From an uncultured Dehalococcoidia bacterium (GTDB lineage Bacteria > Chloroflexota > Dehalococcoidia > Lucifugimonadales > JADFKI01), in NCBI GenBank assembly GCA_958295865.1, contig CATQHF010000004.1:441506-505505 (forward strand): DNA of 64,000 nucleotides. The letters run 5' to 3'. Both the position numbers and the translations under genes were made by a program. Under the pieces are notes generated by a model. The model saw nothing but the letters and a program-made list of their open reading frames with translations. It did no database searches and was not told the origin of the DNA. Positions 34,895-42,729 of the stretch are shown piece by piece (position 1 is the first letter of the stretch; every line of letters starts with the position of its first letter).

Positions 34895-35286
34895 TGAACC
34901 GCATCATCGTTACCGCCAGGAATGAGGTCGGCGTGATAGCCGACATCAGCGCCGCGCTTGCGGAGCATAGCATCAACATAGAGTCCATCAATGCCGCATC
35001 GGACAGCGGGCTGGTCATACTTATGACGGACGCGCCCGACGCTACGCTGCGAGCGCTTGCGGATGCGGGCTTCAGGGCGGTGATAGGCGAGTCGCTCATC
35101 GTCAGGCTGCGCGATGAGCCGGGCGCGCTGGCGAAGGTAGCGGTCAGGTTCAAGGACGCTGGCATCAATATACAGAGCCTGCATATTCTGAATCGGCACG
35201 GCGATCACGCGCATATCGTGCTGAGCGTGGAAGACCAAGACAGAGACAAGGCGGCAGCCATCATTGGGCCGGAGTACATCGTCTAG
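34894..35286 (+). CDS. ACT domain protein
   Basis: 130 aa with two beta-alpha-beta-beta-alpha-beta units (VTARNEVGVIADISAALAEHSINIESI and LRDEPGALAKVAVRFKDAGINIQSL). The GTG start overlaps the decarboxylase stop by 1 nt. Confidence 0.8.
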   Translation: MNRIIVTARNEVGVIADISAALAEHSINIESINAASDSGLVILMTDAPDATLRALADAGFRAVIGESLIVRLRDEPGALAKVAVRFKDAGINIQSLHILNRHGDHAHIVLSVEDQDRDKAAAIIGPEYIV

Positions 35287-35301
35287 GTTCGTCCATCGCT
35301 T

Positions 35302-36627
35302 CTATAAGCGCACTTTTCCGACGCCCTTTTCGATGCGGACTTCGGTTCCTAGCGGCTTGGACAGGCGCTTGATGCGTTCCAGGGCGCGGCGGCTTGCGCT
35401 TGCGCCCGCGAGCAGGGGTCTGCCGCGCTGTGAGCGCCGCTTGTCGTGTCCCAGATCGATGGGATGCAATGTCAGGCTGTGGAGCGACTCGCGCTTGAAC
35501 CCGCAGCGCGCCACCACGCTCTCCCAATACACTGCATCGCCGGGAAAGCCGCGCTTGTCGTGGTCGCTGCGCGCGTCGTAGAAGTCGGCAGGCGTGGCTT
35601 CCGCGCCCAGCTTCACGCTCTCGTAGTTGTACGACGGCTGCCAGCGCACCGTGTCGTTCTGAAAGATGAAGTTGCCGAGGCTGTACATTATCGGGCGGTC
35701 CTTGTATATCTCTATGCCGCGCGTAACATGGGGGCCGTGTCCGATGAACATATCCGCGCCCTCGTCTATGCAGGCGCGCGCGAAGTCCACGAGGAACTGC
35801 GGCGGCTCGTCGCGATGCGCTCCGCTCTCGTGGCAGTGTACGGACACCATCACCCAATCCGCCATGCGGCGCGCGTCTCGCACCCACTTTAGGTTGCCTT
35901 CCAAGTCGGGCGTGTTCAGGCGAGTACTCACCTTGAACTCTTCGCCCAGCGCGAACAGATTGTTCATGAAGATGATGCGGCTGTCGGTGTCCTCCGGTAT
36001 CGCGCCCGGATGTCGGAAGTTTCGCAGGGCGTTGCGCTGCGCTTCCAGCCCCAGCTCCTTGTTGATGCGGCGCAGGGCGTCGAACGCCGGGCGGTCGAGG
36101 GTGTGCGTAGTGGTGAAGCGCAACGGGTTCAAGCCCGGCCGTCCGAGGATGTCCGGGCGCTGGTCGAGGGCGCGTCCGGCTTCCGCGAATGTGGAGGACG
36201 CCGATATGAGCGCGACGCGTCCGTTCGCGGTGTCCAGATACGCGGGGGCGCGCGCCTCGCTCAGGTTGCGCCCGGTGCCGGCATGCGTAAGCTCAGACTG
36301 GCGCAGGTGCGACAGGTTCGTGAGGACGCCGCCCTCGCCGTAGTCGTAGCTGTGGTTGTTCGCGCACGACACGAGGTTGACGCCCATCCATTCGAGTTCG
36401 GCTAGGTTCTTCGGGTCGGACGCCGTGAATGTGCCGCCCGCCATTCCCGGGGAGTGCTCATAGTCGTGCATGAGCATTTCCAGGTTGGTGAACCCCACAT
36501 CGGCGTCGCGGAACATCTTCGCCAAGCGCATGAAGCCGTCCTCGCGGAACACTCGCAGACGCCGCGTAATCATCGTGTCGCCACTGGCAACCAGCGTCAG
36601 GTCGCCGGCTTGCGCGTCATACAGCAC
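35302..36627 (-). CDS. CapA-family (PGA_cap) metallophosphatase-like protein
   Basis: LVASGDTMITRRL, VSCANNHSYDYGEGG and VSVHCHE. Confidence 0.9.
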   Translation of the reverse strand: MLYDAQAGDLTLVASGDTMITRRLRVFREDGFMRLAKMFRDADVGFTNLEMLMHDYEHSPGMAGGTFTASDPKNLAELEWMGVNLVSCANNHSYDYGEGGVLTNLSHLRQSELTHAGTGRNLSEARAPAYLDTANGRVALISASSTFAEAGRALDQRPDILGRPGLNPLRFTTTHTLDRPAFDALRRINKELGLEAQRNALRNFRHPGAIPEDTDSRIIFMNNLFALGEEFKVSTRLNTPDLEGNLKWVRDARRMADWVMVSVHCHESGAHRDEPPQFLVDFARACIDEGADMFIGHGPHVTRGIEIYKDRPIMYSLGNFIFQNDTVRWQPSYNYESVKLGAEATPADFYDARSDHDKRGFPGDAVYWESVVARCGFKRESLHSLTLHPIDLGHDKRRSQRGRPLLAGASASRRALERIKRLSKPLGTEVRIEKGVGKVRL

Positions 36628-36715
36628 TCACATACCTCCCAACCGCTTGTCTTCAGTCCGTTCCCACTCAGGAAGGGGGCAAATCTTCCCTGTTCCGTCC
36701 GTCCTGTCAGCGCCG

Positions 36716-37300
36716 TTACACCCTTGGGATTTCTCGGATGGCGTTGACATCCAGGGGGACATATTCGTTTGCCAGCAGCCCCATCACCACCGAGTCGAAG
36801 CGCGAGCCCTCGTGCGGGCGGCTCTTTCGCAGCGTGCCTTCATGCTGAAAGCCGAGGTGCGCGAACATGTGCCGCGCCGCCGTGTTGTATTCGGGTATGT
36901 CCACCCAGACGCGGTATAGTCCGTACTCGATGAACGCCGTCTCCAGCGCGCGCCGCGCCGCCGCCGATCCGTAGCCGTGATGCCATAGGTCTTTGCGCCC
37001 TATCAGCACCGACAGCTGCCCGTCCCCCAGCGACTCCTCTATCGCAATGTGAATCTCCCCGATGTGTCCGGCGTCCGGGCTGTATATGGACAGGATTCGG
37101 TGCTCAGGATTGTCGAACACATCCTCCCATTCCTCATCCGACACATCGTCCATCTCATTCGGATGATAGCCCAGATGCGCCGGATCGCCATAGGCATAGC
37201 GCCCGAACCACGACTCGGATACTTCGTCGTCGTCGAGCCAGCGGCTTATCCGCATTACATCGTCCCGCGTTACAGACTGCAAGTTAATTTCTTGAGGCAT
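36716..37300 (-). CDS. GNAT family N-acetyltransferase (RimJ/RimL-like)
   Basis: WHHGYGSAAARRALETAF...YNTAARHMFAHLGFQHEGTLR. Confidence 0.9.
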   Translation of the reverse strand: MPQEINLQSVTRDDVMRISRWLDDDEVSESWFGRYAYGDPAHLGYHPNEMDDVSDEEWEDVFDNPEHRILSIYSPDAGHIGEIHIAIEESLGDGQLSVLIGRKDLWHHGYGSAAARRALETAFIEYGLYRVWVDIPEYNTAARHMFAHLGFQHEGTLRKSRPHEGSRFDSVVMGLLANEYVPLDVNAIREIPRV

Positions 37301-37590
37301 ATTCGCACCTCCGTGTAAGTTTGTCAGTGTGTTAGTCGGTCGGCGCTCTCCGTCATTCTTGCGAAAGCGAAAATCCGGTGTTCCCTACCCTTTAATAGTA
37401 AGGTGTATGTCGGGGGGTGATAATCTTCGCCATCCCGTCCATCTATGTGAGCGCCAAGCCAATCCCATAAATGCTATCAGAGGCAAGCCCATGCCGCAAA
37501 TCTATGAAGCGCCTGCAAGGTTTTTCAATTGTCGCTTGGAACGGAGTGAGGGGGCTAAATGCTTGCTATATCGGGCGTGTTGGTGGCGGG

Positions 37591-37746
37591 GATTTTAGAT
37601 TTCTCGCTGCGCTCGAAATGACAAGAGTGGGAAGCTCGAAATGACAAGAGTGGAAGGCTCGGAATGAACAGGGGTGGGTGTTCGGGGTGTAAGAGTGGAG
37701 CTCGAAATGACAAGGGGGAGACGCTCAGAATGGCAAGGGGTGGGGG
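37591..37746. repeat. Short tandem array, about six units of 22-24 bp with core GCTCGAAATGACAAG
   Basis: GCTCGAAATGACAAGAGTGGGA / AGCTCGAAATGACAAGAGTGGAAG / GCTCGGAATGAACAGGGGTGGGTG / ... Sister arrays with core GTTCGGAATGACAG lie at 31591-31673 and 51027-51140. Confidence 0.7.
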
Positions 37747-37792
37747 CGAAAGCATTACAGTGGGAACGATGCCTTGACAATTGAAAGACATA

Positions 37793-38064
37793 GAGAAAAT
37801 TGCATTGGTACGGTTTAGCCGTCGATGGGAGAGCGTTTTCGCCCCCATCCTAACCTTCCCCCTTTGGGGGAAGGGACTAAGTTGTGTGGACATTTTTGTC
37901 ATCCCCGCCCGCTCACCCGTCATTCCCGTGAAAACGGGAATCCAGAATCTCAGAATGTAGGTATTTTCGCATATTTCAGGCAATCCAAAAGCGCTGGATT
38001 CCTGCTTTCGCAGGAATGACGGGATGAAAATCGAAATGTCCACATAGCCTAATGCAATTTTCTC
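37793..38064. mobile_element. MITE A copy (A3) split by insertion of MITE B copy B1
   Basis: The left part of A runs 37793-37880 (GAGAAAATTGCATTGG...GGGACTAA). The right end of A runs 38049-38064 (CTAATGCAATTTTCTC). CTAA is duplicated at the two junctions. Confidence 0.8.
37881..38048 (+). mobile_element. MITE family B copy (B1), 168 bp, full length
   Basis: TIRs GTTGTGTGGACATTT / AAATGTCCACATAGC. It has two internal hairpins (GTCATTCCCGTGAAAACGGGAATCC and GGATTCCTGCTTTCGCAGGAATGAC) and is flanked by CTAA/CTAA. Confidence 0.8.
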
Positions 38065-38084
38065 GCAAATCCACGAATCTACTC

Positions 38085-38113
38085 TTGACACAAACAAACA
38101 TTTGTCCTATATT
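38085..38113 (+). promoter_or_regulatory. Consensus sigma70-type promoter of the terminase-portal pair
   Basis: TTGACA (38085-38090), 17 nt, then TATATT (38108-38113). The TTG start in the ORF track at 38102 lies inside the spacer. Confidence 0.6.
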
Positions 38114-38254
38114 GGGGAGCATCGAGGGACGGACCCGCGCGGGTTCGTCCTTTTTCTTTTGCCCAAAATCAGCAGGACGGGGGGACAAGTGCAATACAAC
38201 GAAGCCACAGACGACCATAACAGCACCGATAGCGCGGACGCGCGACACGGCGGC

Positions 38255-39559
38255 ATGTCCGCGCTTGAGTTCGTGCGCGAAGTGCTCGGCGAAGACCCGT
38301 ATTCCAAGCAGCAAGAGATACTCAACGCCGTGGACGGCGACGCGCGACGCGTGTCGGTCGTTGGCTGCCATGGCTCAGGCAAGGACTGGACTGCCGCGCG
38401 CATTCTGCTCTGGTGGGTGCATAGCCACTCGCCCGCGAAGGCGGTCGTCACCGGGCCCACGCTGCGACAGGTGAACGACATCGTTTGGAACGAAGTCCGC
38501 CATGCGTATGGCAAGGCGATGGACGAGCTGCCGGGCAAGATGCGCGGCACGGCGCGATACGAAATCGACGCTCAGACTTACGCGCTCGGCTTCACCTCCA
38601 ATTCGCCATACAAGATACTGGGCCACCACTCGCCTAATCTGCTCGCCATCATCACGGAGGCGCACGCCGTCCCCAACGACTACATCAACGCCATCAAGCG
38701 GCTCAATCCGTCGCTGCTGCTCATGACCGGCAACCCGTTCCTGACCTACGGCATCTTCTACGATTCGCACCATCGCCAGCGCCACTTGTGGCAGACGATA
38801 CAGATTGGCGCGGACGATACGCCGAATGTGAAGGAAGGGCGGATTGTCTATCCCGGGATGATGACGCGGCAGGATGTGGAGGATCGCAAGGCGGACTGGG
38901 GCGAGGACACGCCCATGTATATCGGCGGCGTGCTTGGCGAGTTCCCGGACAACCTGGATACCGCGATAGTGCCGCTGCGCGCGGCGACGGCGGCGGCGAA
39001 CCGCGAGCTTGAACCGGAGGGCGAAATCGTCGTCGCCTGCGATGTGGCGCGCAAGGGACACGCGCAGACGGTCGTAATGCGACGGCAAGGGGCTGTTGCC
39101 ACAATCGCCTATCGCGCGCGCGGCAACGACACCATGCAGGTCGCCAATCGCCTCAAAGCCTACTGCGATCAAGAGGGGGTGGATGTGCTGGTGATAGACG
39201 ATGCGGGCTTGGGCGGCGGCGTGACCGACAGGGTGCGCGAGATAGGTTTGAAGACCGCGCGCATCGAGGAGTTCAACGGAAGCCACACAGCGAGGCGCTA
39301 TGACCGCTTCGCCAACCGCAACGCCGAAGCCTGGTGGGCGATGCGCGAGCGATACATGGAAGGCGATATTAGCACGCCCAACGACGACAATCTCATCGGG
39401 CAGATTTCCAGCCGCGAGTACGATCTCGACAGCAAGGGGCGCATCGAGTTGCAAAGCAAGCGTGAGATGCCCGAAACGCTAGACGAGGCGGACGCCCTCG
39501 CCATGACCTTCGCCATCGAGCGCAGAAAGAAGGAAGGCGTCATCAAAATCTGGGTCTAG
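38255..39559 (+). CDS. Phage terminase large subunit (TerL)
   Basis: Walker A VVGCHGSGKDWT and Walker B-like LLAIITEAH. The RNaseH-like nuclease half has VVACDVARKG, VLVIDDAGLGGGV and the C-terminal ETLDEADALAMTF. The start could be ATG 38255 or GTG 38189. Confidence 0.85.
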   Translation: MSALEFVREVLGEDPYSKQQEILNAVDGDARRVSVVGCHGSGKDWTAARILLWWVHSHSPAKAVVTGPTLRQVNDIVWNEVRHAYGKAMDELPGKMRGTARYEIDAQTYALGFTSNSPYKILGHHSPNLLAIITEAHAVPNDYINAIKRLNPSLLLMTGNPFLTYGIFYDSHHRQRHLWQTIQIGADDTPNVKEGRIVYPGMMTRQDVEDRKADWGEDTPMYIGGVLGEFPDNLDTAIVPLRAATAAANRELEPEGEIVVACDVARKGHAQTVVMRRQGAVATIAYRARGNDTMQVANRLKAYCDQEGVDVLVIDDAGLGGGVTDRVREIGLKTARIEEFNGSHTARRYDRFANRNAEAWWAMRERYMEGDISTPNDDNLIGQISSREYDLDSKGRIELQSKREMPETLDEADALAMTFAIERRKKEGVIKIWV

Positions 39560-39610
39560 GTTGCATGGACATTTGCGTCATTCCCGTGAAAACGGGAATC
39601 CAGAATCTCA
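39560..39610 (+). mobile_element. MITE family B, left half only (B6)
   Basis: GTTGCATGGACATTTGCGTCATTCCCGTGAAAACGGGAATCCAGAATCTCA begins immediately after the TerL stop, so that the stop TAG is part of a CTAG flank. Confidence 0.65.
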
Positions 39611-39646
39611 AACCGAAACGCTGACAAACTTTCTTGGAGGTATCCA

Positions 39647-40915
39647 ATGAGCATCATGAAGTCTATAAGAGCGCTGTCATCGGCACTGCGCCAGCGCCAA
39701 CCCGCGCAGAATGGCATCCCCGGGGCAAGCCTAGACGACGCTATTGCCCGCACATTCGGCGGCGCGGCCGGCAGCCCCGCAGGTTGGGCGCAACCCGCTT
39801 TTGGCGAGTATTACCCGCGCTCCGCCTTCGTGTACGCCGCTATCAAGGTGCGGCAGGACGCCATCGCGCGCTTGCCGCTGCGCGTGATGCGCCGCGCGCC
39901 GTCCCAACGCCGCCGCGACTTTTCCGTTCGCCCTGAGTTTGTTGAAGAGCGTCTGTCCGGCGCGAGCGCGAGGGCGGGCGGCGAACTCGTGGGCGCGGAG
40001 CATCCGCTTCAACGCCTGCTGGACTCGCCCAACCCGTTCTGGAGCAGGGGCGACCTCTGGCGCGCAACGGAGACCTACCTATCGCTCTGGGGCGCGGCGT
40101 TCTGGGGCTTGGAGCGCGACGAGCGCGGGGTCATCGCCGAGATTTGGCCCCTGCGCCCCGACAAGATGCGCCTCATTCCCGACGCCGAATGTTATATCAA
40201 AGGGTTCGTCTATGCCGGCGCCGCGGGTAAGCCCGTTCCGTATCTGCCGGAAGACATCGTTTGGATGCGCTACTTCAACCCGCTCGACGAGTACGCGGGC
40301 TTGTCGCCGATAGCGCCTCTGCGCCTGTCCGCCGACATGGGCATCGACGCCCTGCGCGCCAATCGCAAGCTTTTGCAGAATGACAGCACGCCCGGAATCA
40401 TTATCGAGCTGGAGCAGTTCCCCACGGATCCTGAAGTCAGCGCCTTCTACGAACGCTGGGAGTCGCGCTTCCAAGGGGTGGACAAGACGCGCCGTCCCGC
40501 GCTGCTCAGCCCCGGCATGAAGGCGTCCAACCTCGGCTTCAGCCCGCGCGATATGGAGTACATCGAGAGCCTGCGCTGGAGCCTGGAGGATGTAACGCGC
40601 GTGTTCGGCGTTCCCAAGGTGATGATTGGCGACTTGGAAAACACGACCTTCTCCAACTTCAGCACGGCGCGCCGCCTGTTCTGGGAAGACACCATCGCCG
40701 CGCAGCTCGCCTTCTACCAAGAGGCGCTGCATCGCTACTTGCTGCCCCATTTCGGCGACGATGCCTTGACGGTCGAGTTTGACTTGAGCGGCGTGGAAGC
40801 CTTGAAGGACAGCGAAGAAAACAAGGCAAAGCGCCGCCGCATCTATGTTCAGTCAGGCATCATGACCGTCGACGAAGTCCGCAGTGAAATGAACCTGCCG
40901 CCGATTGGGGGTTAG
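39647..40915 (+). CDS. Phage portal protein, HK97-like family
   Basis: 422 aa with HPLQRLLDSPNPFWSRGDLW, GAAFWGLERD, GLSPIAPL and the C-terminal MTVDEVRSEMNLPPI. RBS GGAGG 8 nt upstream. Confidence 0.85.
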   Translation: MSIMKSIRALSSALRQRQPAQNGIPGASLDDAIARTFGGAAGSPAGWAQPAFGEYYPRSAFVYAAIKVRQDAIARLPLRVMRRAPSQRRRDFSVRPEFVEERLSGASARAGGELVGAEHPLQRLLDSPNPFWSRGDLWRATETYLSLWGAAFWGLERDERGVIAEIWPLRPDKMRLIPDAECYIKGFVYAGAAGKPVPYLPEDIVWMRYFNPLDEYAGLSPIAPLRLSADMGIDALRANRKLLQNDSTPGIIIELEQFPTDPEVSAFYERWESRFQGVDKTRRPALLSPGMKASNLGFSPRDMEYIESLRWSLEDVTRVFGVPKVMIGDLENTTFSNFSTARRLFWEDTIAAQLAFYQEALHRYLLPHFGDDALTVEFDLSGVEALKDSEENKAKRRRIYVQSGIMTVDEVRSEMNLPPIGG

Positions 40916-41047
40916 GTTGTGTGGACATTTGCGCCATTCCCGTGAAAACGGGAAGCCAGAACATGATGATGCAGGCGCTTTCGCATATTTTAGGCTATCC
41001 CAAAGCGCTGGATTCCTGCTTTCGCAGGAATGACAGGATGAAATTTC
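40916..41047 (+). mobile_element. MITE family B copy (B2), right terminus degenerate
   Basis: GTTGTGTGGACATTTGCGCCATTCCCGTGAAAACGGGAAGCC...GGATTCCTGCTTTCGCAGGAATGACAGG starts immediately after the portal stop codon (flank TTAG). Confidence 0.7.
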
Positions 41048-41062
41048 AATAGGAGTCCCCCC

Positions 41063-41236
41063 ATGCGTTCCAACAAAACCCAGGCAATCCGATGCGAGCA
41101 CGACGGTCTCAAGATGGCAGAGGTCAAAGCCAATCACCTAATCCTGCGGCAGCGTCACCACGGCGAAACCCATATTCAGATAGTGTCGCTGCATGAGCTG
41201 CTGGAGGACGGGGATAAGGGTGGTGGGAGGAATTAG
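41063..41236 (+). CDS. Small hypothetical protein (57 aa)
   Basis: Below the ORF-track cutoff. AGGAG lies 8 nt upstream of ATG 41063. The sequence is MRSNKTQAIRCEHDGLKMAEVKANHLILRQRHHGETHIQIVSLHELLEDGDKGGGRN. The last base of its stop codon is the first base of MITE A4. Confidence 0.3.
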   Translation: MRSNKTQAIRCEHDGLKMAEVKANHLILRQRHHGETHIQIVSLHELLEDGDKGGGRN

Positions 41237-41337
41237 AGAAAATTGCATTAGCACAGTTTAGTCGTCGATGGGCAAGCATTTTCACCCCCATCCTAACCTT
41301 CCCCCATCAAGGGGGAAGGGACTAATGCAATTTTCTC
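41236..41337. mobile_element. MITE family A copy (A4)
   Basis: Perfect TIRs. An 8-bp direct repeat AGGAATTA lies immediately on both sides (41228-41235 and 41338-41345). Confidence 0.85.
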
Positions 41338-41431
41338 AGGAATTAGGCATTGTCTTGTCCGTTGATGTTGATGTAGAGTGGGAATGTGTAATCCGTACAC
41401 GCCATGCGCTATACCGACGGGAGAAGGTTAG

Positions 41432-41647
41432 ATGACGCCAGACGATCAGCCAATCACCAGAAGAGAACTGCGTGAAGAACTTCATACTACATTGCAGCAT
41501 TATGCTACCAAAGCCGACCTCGCTCAACTGGAAACGAGGATGATGGCAATGGAAGCTCGGCTCGTGAAGTGGATGGTGGGCATGATGCTCGGCGGGATGG
41601 TCGCCGCGGCTGCTATCGCATCAGCCATTTCCAACTTCATCGACTAG
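41432..41647 (+). CDS. Tail-anchored coiled-coil protein (71 aa)
   Basis: ITRRELREELHTTLQHYATKADLAQLETRMMAMEARLVKW followed by the TM helix MVGMMLGGMVAAAAIASAI. The C-terminal design matches that of the 335-aa repeat protein at 46106..47113. Confidence 0.5.
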   Translation: MTPDDQPITRRELREELHTTLQHYATKADLAQLETRMMAMEARLVKWMVGMMLGGMVAAAAIASAISNFID

Positions 41648-41684
41648 GCGCTGTGGACATCTGCATTCATGAGACGGCTGCCGA

Positions 41685-42455
41685 TTACTTGTCGGCTATG
41701 TAGAATAGCCAGTGGGCGTTTGGAGGCTGAATATAATCTTCCGAAATGACCATTTTGCCATCCTTCAAGGGTGGCGGCATGTTCCATCGAACGCTCACTC
41801 GGATGTATGGGCAGCCTAACACTTCTGATGGTATCTGGTAGTATTCGATATAGCCGTCCTCTGAGACGCGCTCGCCCGGATTGCGATGTGAGCGTATGTA
41901 TTCATAATTGCGGCGATCAGTCACCTCTTCTGCCGAATAGACTTTGCCGGGGATGCGCGGTTCTTTGAAACCGGCGACATCAACAAACATAGGCACTGAT
42001 TTCGTCAGAAGGCGCACTGTGCGCCGGTTCACGCCTATGGCGTCCGGCACAGCAATCGTAGGGATATAACCCTCTGCCCAACTGTCAGGTGGGTCGTCGA
42101 TGTGGGGCCATGTGGTATTGTGAAGGATCCCTTCAGCGAATGACTCTTTACCCGTCTCGTCTATGCCGACTATCTGTGCCACCGGCGGCTCTTTCGGAGG
42201 AGGGTCGGGCCATCCCTTCAACACCTCTTGCTCGTGTCCGTCCTCGTCCACAAACAGGATGTAATCTTCGCCTACCTCTGCCACCGCGCCAAAACCTAGA
42301 TCCGCTCCCATCTCTGACGGATCCACAGGATGCTTGTCCGACGGCGCACCATCCGGCGGCGGATCGTCCGGCACGGATGGATTGCCCGCGAAGCATGCGA
42401 CTGGAAGCAGCGCGCTCAGAAGCAGCAGCGACTTCAAACGCGATTTCTTAGTCAT
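41685..42455 (-). CDS. Lipoprotein, hypothetical (Pro/Asp-rich N-terminal linker)
   Basis: I moved the start to MTKKSRLKSLLLLSALLPVAC (lipobox). The upstream part of the track ORF runs into repeat E2. Confidence 0.65.
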   Translation of the reverse strand: MTKKSRLKSLLLLSALLPVACFAGNPSVPDDPPPDGAPSDKHPVDPSEMGADLGFGAVAEVGEDYILFVDEDGHEQEVLKGWPDPPPKEPPVAQIVGIDETGKESFAEGILHNTTWPHIDDPPDSWAEGYIPTIAVPDAIGVNRRTVRLLTKSVPMFVDVAGFKEPRIPGKVYSAEEVTDRRNYEYIRSHRNPGERVSEDGYIEYYQIPSEVLGCPYIRVSVRWNMPPPLKDGKMVISEDYIQPPNAHWLFYIADK

Positions 42456-42542
42456 AAACCACCTACAATCCGCAGGGGTTTTCTTCAGCCTTGATGAATT
42501 ATTGTACAAGATATTATTGCTGAAAAATCGCCCAAACGACAC

Positions 42543-42650
42543 GGTATTCTCAGTATGTATTGGCATTATAATCCGGGCGGCGTATCAACCGCGTGGATTC
42601 CCGCTTTTACGGGAATGACGATTTGATAATAGGCGCGTGTTGAGAATACC
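42543..42650. mobile_element. Repeat family E copy (E2) carrying a nested 38-bp hairpin insertion
   Basis: Same sequence as E1 (63060-63123), except that 42596-42639 (GATTCCCGCTTTTACGGGAATGACGATTTGATAATAGG plus a second CGCGTG) is inserted. TIRs are GGTATTCTCA/TGAGAATACC. The flanking 8-mers AACGACAC and ACCGACAC match 7/8. Confidence 0.75.
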
Positions 42651-42729
42651 ACCGACACGCCGAATTATTGCTACAATGGAATGACCGCGCTCGCTCACGG
42701 GGGGCGCAAATCCAATATCGGACGGAAAA

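Noticed and set aside
37591-37746. CRISPR array interpretation of the 22-24-bp tandem arrays (also 31591-31673 and 51027-51140)
   Set aside because: The variable segments are only 8-10 nt, the units are too short, there is no leader and there are no cas genes. The cores are the same GGAATGAC hairpin arm found in the dispersed repeats.
37555-38097. 180-aa ORF, and similar ORFs at 3712..3984, 14224..14594, 31546..31767, 31843..32262, 50697..51011 and 51042..51362
   Set aside because: They lie entirely within MITE and hairpin repeat DNA. Their translations (…SLSNHP…, …SFRASHSCHFERSEKSK…) are the usual repeat-derived pseudo-peptides.
38375-39454. 359-aa minus-strand ORF
   Set aside because: Antisense shadow of the terminase large subunit gene.
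30241-42455. Complete prophage spanning the small-terminase-like gene to the lipoprotein
   Set aside because: The interval contains ordinary metabolic genes (GNATs, OCD, decarboxylase, CapA). It has no capsid, protease, tail, lysis, integrase or repressor genes. Only TerL and portal are clearly phage-derived.
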